Numbered from the stretch's first letter, positions 29,057 through 39,159 are shown. The stretch: 64,000 nt of DNA from a virus (IMGVR_UViG_3300047322_000608:11870-75869), one strand, 5' to 3'. Numbers and translations are program-made. Notes: generated by a model not told the origin, from the letters alone.

Positions 29057-29900
29057 TGGCCTCCATTCCAGGGATTATCTCTGGCGGTTCGGGTTGAGCA
29101 ACTTCCTGTGGGATCACGCGCGGGCTAAACCCTGGCCGCTGACTGCGCTTCATCACGCCGCGGACAGGGGCACCGTTATCATCCCGCATTCGCATCCGGA
29201 CCAACGCAAGCTGCGCGCTGCCCTGATACCATGTGTCCTGAATGTCCGATAGCAGTTGGCCGATCGTCGCGTACGATTTGATCAGGTTCTTCTCTTCGGC
29301 TACCCATCCATCACGCTCGTCGCTCGCAAAATCGCCATACTCGAGAATCACCCGACGCACATCTTCCAGCCGTTTCTCGATTGTTCGTTGCTCGGTCTGG
29401 AGCTTCATGGCAGTCGAGAATACGCCAGAGCTGATCATCTCCATGGCGTTAGCGAACCGGTTCTGGCCGAAGTGCTGCATGGCCACAGCAGCATCAACCT
29501 CAGCGGGGCTCAGGCCGATGGAATAAAGATCTCGCCGGAGCTGTCCGAAGGATGTCTCGATCTTATCCGCGATCGCCTCAGCGGATATGCCGCGCTCTTC
29601 CAGACCTTGCTTGACCCCATTAGGGTCTACCACTTGCCTGGTCTCGATCACCGAGAACTTCGGGATGTAATCCCAGTTGATCAGGTGGCCGCACTTCTTT
29701 TTGAAGACGCTCCATTGAACGATGTTCCAGCCAAGTTTTTCTCGAATCTGCTGGATGTGCGGCTGGCCGTTCGGCCTGCGAAACTCCTGCACATAGGAAT
29801 TAACGAGCCGGATCAGATCATCGTCCCGCAAGACGACACGCTTCTGCTTAGAAATGTATCCACCCGTTTCCGGGTTGCGCTCCAAACCAGGCGAACTCAT
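29037..29900 (-). CDS. Putative terminase small subunit
   Basis: Immediately upstream of and overlapping terL; N-terminal HTH-like region and helical body. Positional call. Confidence 0.4.
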   Translation of the reverse strand: MSSPGLERNPETGGYISKQKRVVLRDDDLIRLVNSYVQEFRRPNGQPHIQQIREKLGWNIVQWSVFKKKCGHLINWDYIPKFSVIETRQVVDPNGVKQGLEERGISAEAIADKIETSFGQLRRDLYSIGLSPAEVDAAVAMQHFGQNRFANAMEMISSGVFSTAMKLQTEQRTIEKRLEDVRRVILEYGDFASDERDGWVAEEKNLIKSYATIGQLLSDIQDTWYQGSAQLALVRMRMRDDNGAPVRGVMKRSQRPGFSPRVIPQEVAQPEPPEIIPGMEANGNSSE

Positions 29901-31318
29901 ATCGGCATTTCCTGTTGCGGTTGCGGTTCTGGCGGCTCCGCATCTGCGTAAGGCGATTGGTAACCAGCATCTGAATCAGAGACTTTGGCGCAGGATTCGA
30001 ACCGGGTGTACTGCCGCATAAAGGTGAGCGGGACAGTTCCGGTTGGACCGTTGCGTTGCTTGCAGACCTCCAGGTTGACCGGGGTGGCATCTCCGTCGTC
30101 TTCGTCCGTGTCTCGGGAAGGCTTCCAAAGGATGCCCACAAAATCGGCATCCTGCTCCAAACTGCCGCTCTCTCTGAGATCGGACATGCGCGGCCGGCGT
30201 TCCTTGTCCTTCTCAATTCCGCGGTTGAGCTGACTCAAAGCGATAACGGGGATGCCCAGTTCTTTGGCCAATCCTTTCACACCCTTGCTGATGAAGGAGA
30301 CTTCCTGTTCCCGGCTGTCGTTCTTATTCCGCTCCGCACTCATGAGTTGCAGGTAATCGATCACGAGCAATCCGATCCCGTGCTGCTGCACCATGCGCCT
30401 GGCGCGCGTCCGCAAACCCAGGATGCTTAGTCCGGACTGATCGTTGATCACGATCTTGGAAGCATGCAACCGGCTAGCCGCCGCCGTCAATCTCGGGAAA
30501 TCAGCTTCGGACAGGAACCCAGCCTGAATCCGGCGCACATTGGTTCTGGCTCGGGAGCAGAGCATACGGACAACGAGCGAGGCCTTGGTCATCTCCAGAG
30601 AGAACACTCCGACCGGTATTCCCAGATTCACCGCAACATGGTCGGCGATGTTCATGGATAGGGAAGTCTTCCCTAAACTAGGGCGCCCTGCGATCACGAT
30701 CATTTCTCCGGCATGGAACCCCGTCGTCATCTTGTCCAAGTCCGTGAATCCAGTCCCGATCCCGGTCAAGGCGCCCTGCGAAGAATGCCAGGACTCAATT
30801 TGAGCGAGCGCGTCTGGCAGGAGGGATTGAACGGTCGCCTCCTCGTTCTTCGGCACGCTCCCTTCGGCGAGGTTCAAGATCTCCGTCGCCGCCTGGCTGA
30901 TCAGCTCATCGGGCGAGTCGGTGTTGCCGTAGGCATTGGCTACATTGTCCGTGCAAAACCGGATCAGCTTTCTGGCCTTCCACTTGTCATGCAGGATGGC
31001 CAGGTAATAGCTCAGGTTGGACGCGCTCGGAACGGTATCGCTCAGCGTGGCCAGGTAGGACAAGCCGCCCACTTGATCGAGCAACGCCTGGAACTCGAGC
31101 CAGTTCCGGAGCGTGACCAGATCGATCGGCTCCTGCGCGTCGTACATCTCCACCATGATCCGGTAAAGGTTCTGGTGCGCTTGGTCGTAGAAGATGTCGT
31201 GTCCGGAACCGATGCTCTCGATAGCTTCGGGCATGACCTTGGCCCAATCGAGCATGACGCAGCCCAGGACGGCTTGTTCCGCTTCCTGGTCGTGCGGCGG
31301 CAATCGATCGACGTTCAT
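29897..31318 (-). CDS. dnaB: Replicative DNA helicase
   Basis: PPHDQEAEQAVLG, AGRPSLGKT, VIDYLQLM, ALSQLNR, SDLRESGSLEQDAD, KQRNGPTG. Confidence 0.97.
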   Translation of the reverse strand: MNVDRLPPHDQEAEQAVLGCVMLDWAKVMPEAIESIGSGHDIFYDQAHQNLYRIMVEMYDAQEPIDLVTLRNWLEFQALLDQVGGLSYLATLSDTVPSASNLSYYLAILHDKWKARKLIRFCTDNVANAYGNTDSPDELISQAATEILNLAEGSVPKNEEATVQSLLPDALAQIESWHSSQGALTGIGTGFTDLDKMTTGFHAGEMIVIAGRPSLGKTSLSMNIADHVAVNLGIPVGVFSLEMTKASLVVRMLCSRARTNVRRIQAGFLSEADFPRLTAAASRLHASKIVINDQSGLSILGLRTRARRMVQQHGIGLLVIDYLQLMSAERNKNDSREQEVSFISKGVKGLAKELGIPVIALSQLNRGIEKDKERRPRMSDLRESGSLEQDADFVGILWKPSRDTDEDDGDATPVNLEVCKQRNGPTGTVPLTFMRQYTRFESCAKVSDSDAGYQSPYADAEPPEPQPQQEMPI

Positions 31319-31794
31319 GCCATTTGCGAGATCGTATCGGTGATCTGCCGTATCTCGCGCTTGAGTGTGCAGTAACGTGATCGCGCGTCAGGCGTGTCCC
31401 AAGTCAGACCAAACGCATCCTCGTTGGCGTGTTTATTCTTGAGATCGTCCAGCAATAATTGTTTGGCTTCCTTGATGCGGTACAGCTCCATGACGGAGAG
31501 GGAACGTTCGACTGGCAGAAGGCCTTTCTCTTCGGCTCGAATCATGGCCAGCTCTTCTTCGAACCGGTCCAGGCCTTGGATGACGTTGGAGAATTTAAGG
31601 CATTCGGGGCGGCGGTCTCCGAGCTTGATCAGCTTGTTCAGCCGTTGCAACACCGCTTCCAGATCGGCCTTGGTAAATCCGGATCGGGTGAACTCAAGCC
31701 AGGAAGATTCACGGTTAAAGCGCAGCGCCACGTCCATGCCGGACAGGCGGCAGTAGGTCTCGTGCAGGGCTGCAATCGTTTCAATTGGGCTCAT
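31315..31794 (-). CDS. Hypothetical replication-associated protein
   Basis: Coupled to dnaB. Confidence 0.5.
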   Translation of the reverse strand: MSPIETIAALHETYCRLSGMDVALRFNRESSWLEFTRSGFTKADLEAVLQRLNKLIKLGDRRPECLKFSNVIQGLDRFEEELAMIRAEEKGLLPVERSLSVMELYRIKEAKQLLLDDLKNKHANEDAFGLTWDTPDARSRYCTLKREIRQITDTISQMA

Positions 31795-32093
31795 ACCTTA
31801 TCGTCAGCCAAATGTGTTCCTATCGCGCTGATCAGGCCATTACAAGTCCGGCAGTAAAAATCAGGATCGTAACAGTTCAGCTCTCGGAGAACGCGTCTGC
31901 ATTCCGAAAGCAGTCCAATAACCTGAGAGAACTCCGCTGTCAGCTTATCCCGTTCAGCAATGAGCCTCTGAGCTTGGTCGCTGAGTTTGTCTCGTTCGTC
32001 AAAGACCGTCAGCACCATGAACTTGTTGTCCGCTAATTCCGCTTGCGCCTTCTCGCATTCCTTCTTCCAATACTCTTCCTGGTGGTTGCTCAT
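31791..32093 (-). CDS. Hypothetical coiled-coil protein
   Basis: ATG at 32093; C-terminal CxxC. Confidence 0.5.
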   Translation of the reverse strand: MSNHQEEYWKKECEKAQAELADNKFMVLTVFDERDKLSDQAQRLIAERDKLTAEFSQVIGLLSECRRVLRELNCYDPDFYCRTCNGLISAIGTHLADDKV

Positions 32094-32545
32094 ACTCTCT
32101 GTTCCTTTCGTTTTGAAAATGCTACGCAGACGGCTAATGCTTGCCATTCATCCCCGGCTAACCCGTAGGTCTTGCCTGGGGTTTTCTTCTTTCCGGGCGG
32201 ACCGAGCAGGTCGATCAATCGTTGACGTATGGCCGCATCGTTTGCCTTGACCGATTGGCAGAGGGTAGTCTTGATCTCCTGACGATAGATCATGTGGAAG
32301 CTCGCACCTACCCACCGGCAGTATTCGCAGTATCGGCCAACCCAAAGGACCGTCTGAAACACTTCGGCTCCTACGGGCATGCCAAAGCTCTGCACCATCT
32401 CACAGACCACGGTGCCCCCTTCGGCGAACGCCAGCATGGCATCGAAGTTATCGTACTTGCCATGTCCTAGTATCTCCTCGGTCGCGGTATCGTAGATCAC
32501 AACCGCGCTCTGGGTTGTGCCAGGATCAATGCCAACGATGATCAT
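32090..32545 (-). CDS. RuvC-like Holliday junction resolvase
   Basis: IVGIDPGTTQSA, VVCEMVQ and DEWQALAV (RNase H-fold acidic residues). Confidence 0.8.
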   Translation of the reverse strand: MIIVGIDPGTTQSAVVIYDTATEEILGHGKYDNFDAMLAFAEGGTVVCEMVQSFGMPVGAEVFQTVLWVGRYCEYCRWVGASFHMIYRQEIKTTLCQSVKANDAAIRQRLIDLLGPPGKKKTPGKTYGLAGDEWQALAVCVAFSKRKEQRV

Positions 32546-32958
32546 ATCTCAGACTCGGCAAACTTTCGCCGGAAAGGACTCTTTTCATTCCCTGGTGGAG
32601 TTGCTGGGTATCCGGTTTTGGAATCGATAACGGTGTAACCGGCTTCCTTTAACGCTCTCCTTAAAAATGAGAAGCCGCAGTTGGATCCCAGCCACTGGAT
32701 CATCGTGGCGGCGACAAACCTTTCCGAAGCTGTGACGTTGTGCTGATGTCCGCGATTAGAGAACAGAGCTTGCATCAAACCAACACCGTGATGGCTGGAA
32801 TTGTTGGTAGCGTTTTCTTCCTGCCAGAGTTCTGCGAACGCTTTCTCGAGATTGTTCCACTTCGTCCGCTCGTAGTAGTCGCCACGATTCTTCATGCCAA
32901 GGTTATGCTTGTCCAGGTTGGTCATTGGCAGGAAGCTCGTTTGCGATTGCTGGCTCAT
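32542..32958 (-). CDS. Hypothetical protein
   Basis: ATG at 32958; AATMIQWLGSNCG motif. Confidence 0.6.
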   Translation of the reverse strand: MSQQSQTSFLPMTNLDKHNLGMKNRGDYYERTKWNNLEKAFAELWQEENATNNSSHHGVGLMQALFSNRGHQHNVTASERFVAATMIQWLGSNCGFSFLRRALKEAGYTVIDSKTGYPATPPGNEKSPFRRKFAESEI

Positions 32959-34184
32959 GGCAGCTTCTGGAGTGATGCGCTGACCGGGATGGGCCGAGTT
33001 GTTCCAGCCAGAACCTCCGCCACCTTTGCATCCAACGCTTGCCCCTTGAGCTTGGACTTGGCGCGCACCAAGCCGATGACTTCTTTTTTGGTGATCGAGC
33101 AGAGCTGCGTGAATTGCAGCACGCCGATCGACCATTCGGCTGAGCATCTGGCGTAGACGGTGCTGATGTCTTCGACCTTGGACCTTGGCGTGTTCGGTTT
33201 CAATCCCCATCCTGGGACGCTGGCAGGATCGATTCTCAGCCTGCGCTTGGCTTCGGTCTGCGCCAGGTCGCAGGCATCTCGCAAGGCCGGGACCCAGGCC
33301 AGCAGCTTTGCCATGGCAGCAGGAGGAAGCGCGGAAATCCCCAGCTCAAGTTCGGACTTGTTTGGCGGCTTGGCAACGTGCTCAACGATCGTGATCATGG
33401 CCGCTTGCTGAGCGATCTCGTACTCCGGACAAATCAGCTTGCCGCGACAATGATGGCACTGGACTGGACCGGCTGTTCGTTTGGCGGCCGGGTCCATCAT
33501 GGCAGCAATGTCCATGTGCATTTCCATGACGGCCATCTGGATCGCGTCGGCATCGTAAACTGTGGGTGTTGGGTTCAACGTCTTGGCTGGTTGATTGAGA
33601 TAGGCCGTAGCAGACCGGATCTCGCTGTAGCCCAGAGTCTGCGCGTTCACCGCAATCAACGCGATGTAGCGGCGGATCTGAACGTTAAGCGGCGCTTCGT
33701 CGTGATGGCCCCAGAGCCCTTTCAAGTCCGCTACCAGGATGTCCGCAGGCCCCCCTTCGTTGCCACGGATCCAGACTGCATCCGTTTGCCCGGAGTAACG
33801 CGGCTCACCTTGCGAATCACTAAGCCACCAGCGGGACTCCCGCATTTCGAGCAGCGGCAAGGCTGGCTCCAGGTCAGCGCCGATGCTCGTGAGCCAGGCA
33901 TCCTTCATCTTCGTATCGACCCGCAGCGCTTTCTCGGCGCGATCGATCTCAGCCTGGGTTGCGCCTGGAGATTCCTTCCCGGCGTAGAGCAAATGGATGC
34001 GCTTGCCCGCTTCACGATCTCGGTCGATGTCTTCCGCGAACTCTTCCGCATCTTCTTCCGGTTCGACCTCCGGACAGACTGTGTACCACTGCTTCTGCAG
34101 TTGGAATCGGCCGGCGCAAAGGGAGTCCTCCAGGGCAGAAGAGCCAGAGGGGAGGCCAAGGCGTTCATCAATTGGTTGGGTCAT
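32955..34184 (-). CDS. PD-(D/E)xK / Cas4-like exonuclease (DUF2800-like)
   Basis: SGSS...LCAG, GKRIH, SGQTDAV...ADLKG, QIRRY and QCHHCRGKLICP cluster. Confidence 0.75.
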   Translation of the reverse strand: MTQPIDERLGLPSGSSALEDSLCAGRFQLQKQWYTVCPEVEPEEDAEEFAEDIDRDREAGKRIHLLYAGKESPGATQAEIDRAEKALRVDTKMKDAWLTSIGADLEPALPLLEMRESRWWLSDSQGEPRYSGQTDAVWIRGNEGGPADILVADLKGLWGHHDEAPLNVQIRRYIALIAVNAQTLGYSEIRSATAYLNQPAKTLNPTPTVYDADAIQMAVMEMHMDIAAMMDPAAKRTAGPVQCHHCRGKLICPEYEIAQQAAMITIVEHVAKPPNKSELELGISALPPAAMAKLLAWVPALRDACDLAQTEAKRRLRIDPASVPGWGLKPNTPRSKVEDISTVYARCSAEWSIGVLQFTQLCSITKKEVIGLVRAKSKLKGQALDAKVAEVLAGTTRPIPVSASLQKLP

Positions 34185-34282
34185 AGTTGGTGCCGTCTCT
34201 CCGAGCTGCCACGCTCCCATTGAGTCGCTGGTGTACGGCCAGCCAAAGGGTATCGTTCGCGTTCTCCGTTTCGGCCGAAAGG

Positions 34283-35554
34283 TTACTTCGCTTTGAACGT
34301 CTTGATTGCCGCGCCAATACCCTTCTTGTTCGACGTGAAGAAGGATGCCTTGTCGTCCGGCACATCCTCCCACCGGTTCGGCGGAGTCGCTTTGAACCAG
34401 GGCATCGGCGTGCTCTTCCCCCAGTTTTTGAAGTCGTCGAACGTGTAACCCATTTCCAGGATGACGTCGCGCAGCTTAGCCTGGGCATCCGTGATGACGG
34501 GCTGCGGCGGCTCCGGTTTGGTTTCTTGAACAGGCTCAGTCGCAGGTTCAGTCTGCAACTCAGGCGGCAACGTGGCAGGTTCTGGTTCGGGCTCGGGTGC
34601 AATGGTGATAGCACTGACCTGAGTCGTTGGCGGCTCGGCGTGACCCGTGACATTCGTTTGCGCGGGCTCGGGTTCAGACGGTTTGGTTTCAGGAACGACC
34701 GCTGCGGGAGCTGGCGCAGGCTTCGTCTTGGCTTCCTTCTTGGGATTTACCTTCTGCTCTGGCTGCTCTTGTTCCTTCTTCGCGGGATGTTCGAACAGTG
34801 GCTTGGTTGGCTCGAGTAACGGGAACGCCTCGTCAACGGTCTGGTCCCCTTCCTTGATAGCCGTCCTGAGACCGGTCAGCGTTTCCAGTTGCTCCAGTCC
34901 GACGTCCTCTTCGCCCACCACTCCGAGCACGGCGAACACCCTAGCCTTGTCGATCTTTAAGCTGGTAACCCATGACATGGCTTTGGTCCGTCGAATCTTT
35001 AATGTCTCCGCCGTGCCAATTGCAACAAGCTTCGCTTTCTCGATAAGCGGCTTGAGTAGGGCCTTCGGCACAACCCGGAAGATCGCGTCCCTCAACGCCT
35101 TGCTGATCGTCGCGTTCGCGATCATGATGGCCATATCCTCGTTGTATGGCCTACCGTCCGAGTAGGTTGTCTTGGCTTGCTTCTCGACCGCAATGAAGTT
35201 GTTCGTCTCCAGGTCGTGGCAGACCGCGCGCACACTCACCCTGGTTGGAGTGTAGCCTGAGATTTGAACGGCGCTTCTCAAGTTGCCGTAGCAGGAGGCA
35301 ACGATCTCTGCCATCCGGATGCTCTCGCCTTCGATCGCTTTACCGCCACGGGTGATCTTGAACAGGCAGCTCGCCGCGGTGTCTTCGTCAAGCGTCACCA
35401 TCGCCTCAGCCCGTTTGTAAAACTGCTGGAGGCTTCTCGGGAATTGGTGGGCTGTGCTGATCTGAACGTCGATCTCCGCTCTGGTGATGCTCTCGATCGG
35501 AGCGACTTCAAGCTCGAACTTCCCGTCTTTAACTTCTTCGGTCTCGTTATTCAT
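34283..35554 (-). CDS. Putative ssDNA-annealing recombinase
   Basis: RAEIDVQISTAHQFPRS...GESIRMAE...SKALRDAIFRVVP; paired with the exonuclease. Confidence 0.6.
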   Translation of the reverse strand: MNNETEEVKDGKFELEVAPIESITRAEIDVQISTAHQFPRSLQQFYKRAEAMVTLDEDTAASCLFKITRGGKAIEGESIRMAEIVASCYGNLRSAVQISGYTPTRVSVRAVCHDLETNNFIAVEKQAKTTYSDGRPYNEDMAIMIANATISKALRDAIFRVVPKALLKPLIEKAKLVAIGTAETLKIRRTKAMSWVTSLKIDKARVFAVLGVVGEEDVGLEQLETLTGLRTAIKEGDQTVDEAFPLLEPTKPLFEHPAKKEQEQPEQKVNPKKEAKTKPAPAPAAVVPETKPSEPEPAQTNVTGHAEPPTTQVSAITIAPEPEPEPATLPPELQTEPATEPVQETKPEPPQPVITDAQAKLRDVILEMGYTFDDFKNWGKSTPMPWFKATPPNRWEDVPDDKASFFTSNKKGIGAAIKTFKAK

Positions 35555-35555
35555 A

Positions 35556-35741
35556 TTATCGATTGCTGAGCTGTTCACGGATCGCATCGCTCACCGTAAA
35601 CTTCCTGCCTGGATGGAGCTGCCGTTCCTTGATGACGGCCTGGTTAAGGCTTTCCCAAACCTCAATCGGGATCTTGACCCCAACCGTTCTCATCGCTTGC
35701 TTGGGCGCGTCCGGCCCGGGTTTACTTTGCTTGCGTCTCAT
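35556..35741 (-). CDS. Ribbon-helix-helix DNA-binding protein
   Basis: RTVGVKIP (beta) + EVWESLNQ (helix) + TVSDAIREQL (helix). Confidence 0.7.
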   Translation of the reverse strand: MRRKQSKPGPDAPKQAMRTVGVKIPIEVWESLNQAVIKERQLHPGRKFTVSDAIREQLSNR

Positions 35742-35751
35742 GTTGAGCCCA

Positions 35752-35832
35752 ACCGTAGCGCATGAACGTTTACGCTGTCAAATAGAATTTAATACTTATC
35801 GCTTGACGGCCTTCTCGGTGCGGGTGTATTGC
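35752..35832. promoter_or_regulatory. Divergent sigma70-like promoters
   Basis: Minus strand TTGACA(35781-35776)-18-TACGGT; plus strand TTGACG(35803-35808) with a weaker -10; AT-rich core between them. Confidence 0.6.
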
Positions 35833-35841
35833 TACTGGCAG

Positions 35842-36135
35842 ATGAGAGAACCATTAACTTTGCCGCAAGTAAAACGAGTCCTGGAGTCGGCCTCCCAAAA
35901 CCCGATCGACCCTAACCTGGCTGAGATGATCCCACGCGATCTGCTCAACTACATTCAATCCGCGCCTGATGTTATCGCTCACTTGAGCCACCTTGAAGTA
36001 ACGATCGGCAAGCGCGAGAAGGATTTCCAAGACCTGAACCTGGCCTTGGTCGATTACGCTAACCAGAGCGGGGCCGGCCAGATGATGCTGGACAACTTGA
36101 AGCTCTGCCTGGATCAGGTTCGGATGCGGAGGTAG
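35842..36135 (+). CDS. Hypothetical protein
   Basis: ATG at 35842, first gene of the rightward unit. Confidence 0.55.
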   Translation: MREPLTLPQVKRVLESASQNPIDPNLAEMIPRDLLNYIQSAPDVIAHLSHLEVTIGKREKDFQDLNLALVDYANQSGAGQMMLDNLKLCLDQVRMRR

Positions 36136-36139
36136 AGGC

Positions 36140-36631
36140 ATGAAGCACGTCATCGAATCCTTCTGCATCGACGGTTGCGGCGGAGCGATCTCGCTGATCG
36201 ACGAGCGGCCCGGGAAAAGCGATCACTGGGATTGGAAGTCTCAAATGGCGCACGGCCTGATTCCTCCGCTCCCGTTACCAGCAGAGTTTGTCCGGGTCAC
36301 CCAGCGCGGTAGTAAGCCATCCGTGTTCTTTGACGAGTGCAGCCAACGGCATCCAGCAGCCGCATCCAAGTTTACTGCCTGTGAACGGTCGGCATCGGCG
36401 CAGGCTCACATCAAACAGTGGGCATTTGTAGCAGGCCTTCAGCCTTCGGAACCGGAGCGCGCGATGCGTTCGGAGTTTTGGGATTACCGCAAGGATCTCT
36501 TTCAAAAGGTTCAGGCGCTCACGCCAGCCCAGCTCGCGCAGTTCTTCAACCAGGACCGCGCGCCATTGCCGGTAACGTTCCAGGCGGAGGCCAAGCGGTT
36601 GGAAATTTATCTGCACGATTGGAGTATATGA
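36140..36631 (+). CDS. Hypothetical protein
   Basis: Clean ORF with GAGG RBS. Confidence 0.55.
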   Translation: MKHVIESFCIDGCGGAISLIDERPGKSDHWDWKSQMAHGLIPPLPLPAEFVRVTQRGSKPSVFFDECSQRHPAAASKFTACERSASAQAHIKQWAFVAGLQPSEPERAMRSEFWDYRKDLFQKVQALTPAQLAQFFNQDRAPLPVTFQAEAKRLEIYLHDWSI

Positions 36632-37002
36632 CAGCGTTTATGAAAGCGATAATGATTGTTGTGTTGGCTATAGGAACCTTCCTGCTTGCGAAGCGAACTG
36701 CCCAGCTTGACACGACCACCAAGCTGCTGCGCGCGAACACAGCCATGCTGGAGAAGACGACCAAGAACCTGAACTCCTGCCTCGATGCGAGAGAGTCCGA
36801 TATGGCCTTAACTCGATCTGCTCTGGACGAAGTGAAACAATGGAAAAGTCTCTACGACAGCCTGGCCACGAATGCTTTCCTTCAAGCGCAGACGAACAAG
36901 TTCATGACCGTGAAGTTGAACGGGTCCAAAGATCTGATCTACGCTCGCATGATCGACAACGGTCAGGCAGTGGAAATCGGCCGACTGAGTGATCCCAAGT
37001 AA
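36628..37002 (+). CDS. Membrane-anchored coiled-coil protein
   Basis: N-terminal TM helix followed by heptads. Confidence 0.5.
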   Translation: MTAFMKAIMIVVLAIGTFLLAKRTAQLDTTTKLLRANTAMLEKTTKNLNSCLDARESDMALTRSALDEVKQWKSLYDSLATNAFLQAQTNKFMTVKLNGSKDLIYARMIDNGQAVEIGRLSDPK

Positions 37003-37012
37003 ACCCCACCCT

Positions 37013-37195
37013 ATGCCGAGTCCGTTCCCAACCCCTGAACAGGTCCGCGATCTCTGCCGAAAGTTCGGCGTCACGATCAAACCCCCGCTCACCCAGGTCC
37101 AACTGAACAAAGCCGAGCACGGCAAGCAAAGCCGCCGCGGCAAAACCAAAATCAACCGTTACCTCAACCAACTGAAGCAATCCGAATCCCCATGA
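37013..37195 (+). CDS. Small basic protein
   Basis: Lys/Arg-rich, coupled to the next gene. Confidence 0.4.
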   Translation: MPSPFPTPEQVRDLCRKFGVTIKPPLTQVQLNKAEHGKQSRRGKTKINRYLNQLKQSESP

Positions 37196-37581
37196 AAGCC
37201 ATTGCCATCGCCAGCTTCCTCGTTGTCTCCGCCGCGCTCGCCGCTCCTACCAACGAGACCAAGACCAACTCTGTCGCTGCCAGCAGCATCACCAACGCGC
37301 CGGTCATCTCGCTCTTGACTGTTACGAACGACACCGTTTTCTTTAACGGGAAAGCGATCGGCCGCGTGACAGGCGGGACTAACTTCGTTCCCGTCCCCAA
37401 CATCCAAGAGCTGAGCCAGACCTACGAGAACGGATTTAACGTAGGCGTCCGATACGGCGCCACGGCAGTCAAGCGCAACCCGGACGTGGCCGAATGGGAT
37501 GTGCTAATCAGGATTTCCAAGATCATGCTGGATGCCGACGTTCGTAAACCACAACCGCAGCCGGCCGCTCAGGCAAAATAA
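37192..37581 (+). CDS. Secreted protein (signal peptide)
   Basis: MKAIAIASFLVVSAALA signal peptide; repeated TN dipeptides. Confidence 0.6.
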   Translation: MKAIAIASFLVVSAALAAPTNETKTNSVAASSITNAPVISLLTVTNDTVFFNGKAIGRVTGGTNFVPVPNIQELSQTYENGFNVGVRYGATAVKRNPDVAEWDVLIRISKIMLDADVRKPQPQPAAQAK

Positions 37582-38054
37582 TGAAAACCATCCTGATAAC
37601 CCTGCTCCTCCTTGCCGCCACTCCGCTCCGCTCAGACAACCTGCCGCTCGCCACAAAATGGAGCGGCGGAAATCTCTGGATCTCCAGCGCCGGCGTAAAC
37701 CAGTACCCCATCTGGATCGAGGAACCGTTTTCCTACCGGCTGGAAGGAATACTGACCAACTTCGTGACCAACGTTGTCTCCGTTATGGACCGGGATCCAG
37801 GCATCAAATGCCCGGTGTGCAACGGGCCGGCTCACCATTTGTGCCGAGAGACTGTTTGCGAAGTGACCCCGCGTTACACCCTGCGCATCTGCACCAGCGG
37901 CAAGGATGGAACATCCCGAACCAACGACGCGCTCTTGGCTAAGGGAGGGTCGTTCACCATCACCACGACCAACCTGGTTGATCGCACTGTGCCGCCACTG
38001 GTGCTGACGAATATTGTCATGACTCCGACCAATTACATCATCTTGTCCAGGTAA
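37581..38054 (+). CDS. Secreted protein (signal peptide)
   Basis: MKTILITLLLLAA signal; TN-rich; CPVC...HHLC. Confidence 0.6.
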   Translation: MKTILITLLLLAATPLRSDNLPLATKWSGGNLWISSAGVNQYPIWIEEPFSYRLEGILTNFVTNVVSVMDRDPGIKCPVCNGPAHHLCRETVCEVTPRYTLRICTSGKDGTSRTNDALLAKGGSFTITTTNLVDRTVPPLVLTNIVMTPTNYIILSR

Positions 38055-38061
38055 ACATTCC

Positions 38062-39159
38062 ATGTCACTCACCCTCACCGTTAGCAGCCTGAACGGACAC
38101 GACTTGTCCGCGACCCGCGGCAACCCCTTCCATCCGTTTAAGACGATCGCAGCAGCCCTGGCTCAGACCCGGGACGGAGATCGACTCGAGATCCGAGACG
38201 GGCCTTACGCCGAACAGGGATTGGTCCTGCGTTACGTTAACGGCGTAACCATTGCCGGCATTGGGCAACCCGTCATCACCGCATCAACCCGCGGGCATAT
38301 TCTGCGTATCAACAGTTGCAACGACCTTTCCGTTACCGGCCTGAAGTTCAACGGCACGGGCCCGATCACCGAACCGAACGAGCTTTACTTCGCGCTCGTC
38401 GAGTTGCAGAGCGTCAACGATCGGCTCTCCTTTTCCGATTGCCAGTTCACCAACTCCGGCAATCACGGCCTGGCGCATCTCGCTGGCCCCAGGACCAGCA
38501 GCAACGTGACGGTCGATCGCTGCTCCTTCGAACGTGGCGGCAATTACGGCCGAACCCAAAACCTGATCTGGGATGGCGCCGCTATCGCAGTCGGAGGCAT
38601 CGGCATCCGCATAAGACGGACACGGATCAAGGACTGGCCCCGCGGCATAGAATTCGAGAATCCCTACGGAGATTGCACCTTTTACGTGGACAACTGCGAC
38701 GTCTCCGAGTGCGCGCATGCCGGCCTCTTTATCACTCCAACCGGACCGCAGAACAACATCTCCCGGCAACACTTTACCGGGAAGATCCTTAACTCAAGGT
38801 TCACGAACGGTAAGAAAGTCCCGGGCGGCTTCCTGGCCTCTGGCATGGTGATCTCTGGCGGCCAAGACGTGCTCCTCTCCGGCAATACCGTTTCGGATTT
38901 CCCTGACGGCTGCGGCATCGAATGCTCCGCCAAGTGGGGCCCGCTCTCCCGCTTTATCATTTCCAATAATCACGTCACCAACATCGGCCGCTCCGGCATC
39001 TTGTTCCGGCACGGCCCAGACGGAACGAAGTCTCTCGCAGACGGCCTGGTCTGCGCCAACAACATCCTCGCCAACATCTCCGGAGCACCCATAGACTTCC
39101 TGGCCTACAACATCCAGGAGTCCTGCAACCTGCTCCCTCCGCTCCAGGTCGAGTCATGA
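38062..39159 (+). CDS. Right-handed parallel beta-helix (pectin lyase-like) protein
   Basis: G.....PFKTIAAAL....DGD.LEI.DG.Y start and repeated I..N.....GI beta-helix coils. Confidence 0.8.
   Translation: MSLTLTVSSLNGHDLSATRGNPFHPFKTIAAALAQTRDGDRLEIRDGPYAEQGLVLRYVNGVTIAGIGQPVITASTRGHILRINSCNDLSVTGLKFNGTGPITEPNELYFALVELQSVNDRLSFSDCQFTNSGNHGLAHLAGPRTSSNVTVDRCSFERGGNYGRTQNLIWDGAAIAVGGIGIRIRRTRIKDWPRGIEFENPYGDCTFYVDNCDVSECAHAGLFITPTGPQNNISRQHFTGKILNSRFTNGKKVPGGFLASGMVISGGQDVLLSGNTVSDFPDGCGIECSAKWGPLSRFIISNNHVTNIGRSGILFRHGPDGTKSLADGLVCANNILANISGAPIDFLAYNIQESCNLLPPLQVES

Noticed and set aside
18469-31375. Long plus-strand ORFs (e.g. 18469-19575, 23532-25160, 27803-28741)
   Set aside because: Antisense shadows of capsid, portal, terminase and dnaB caused by GC-rich codon bias.
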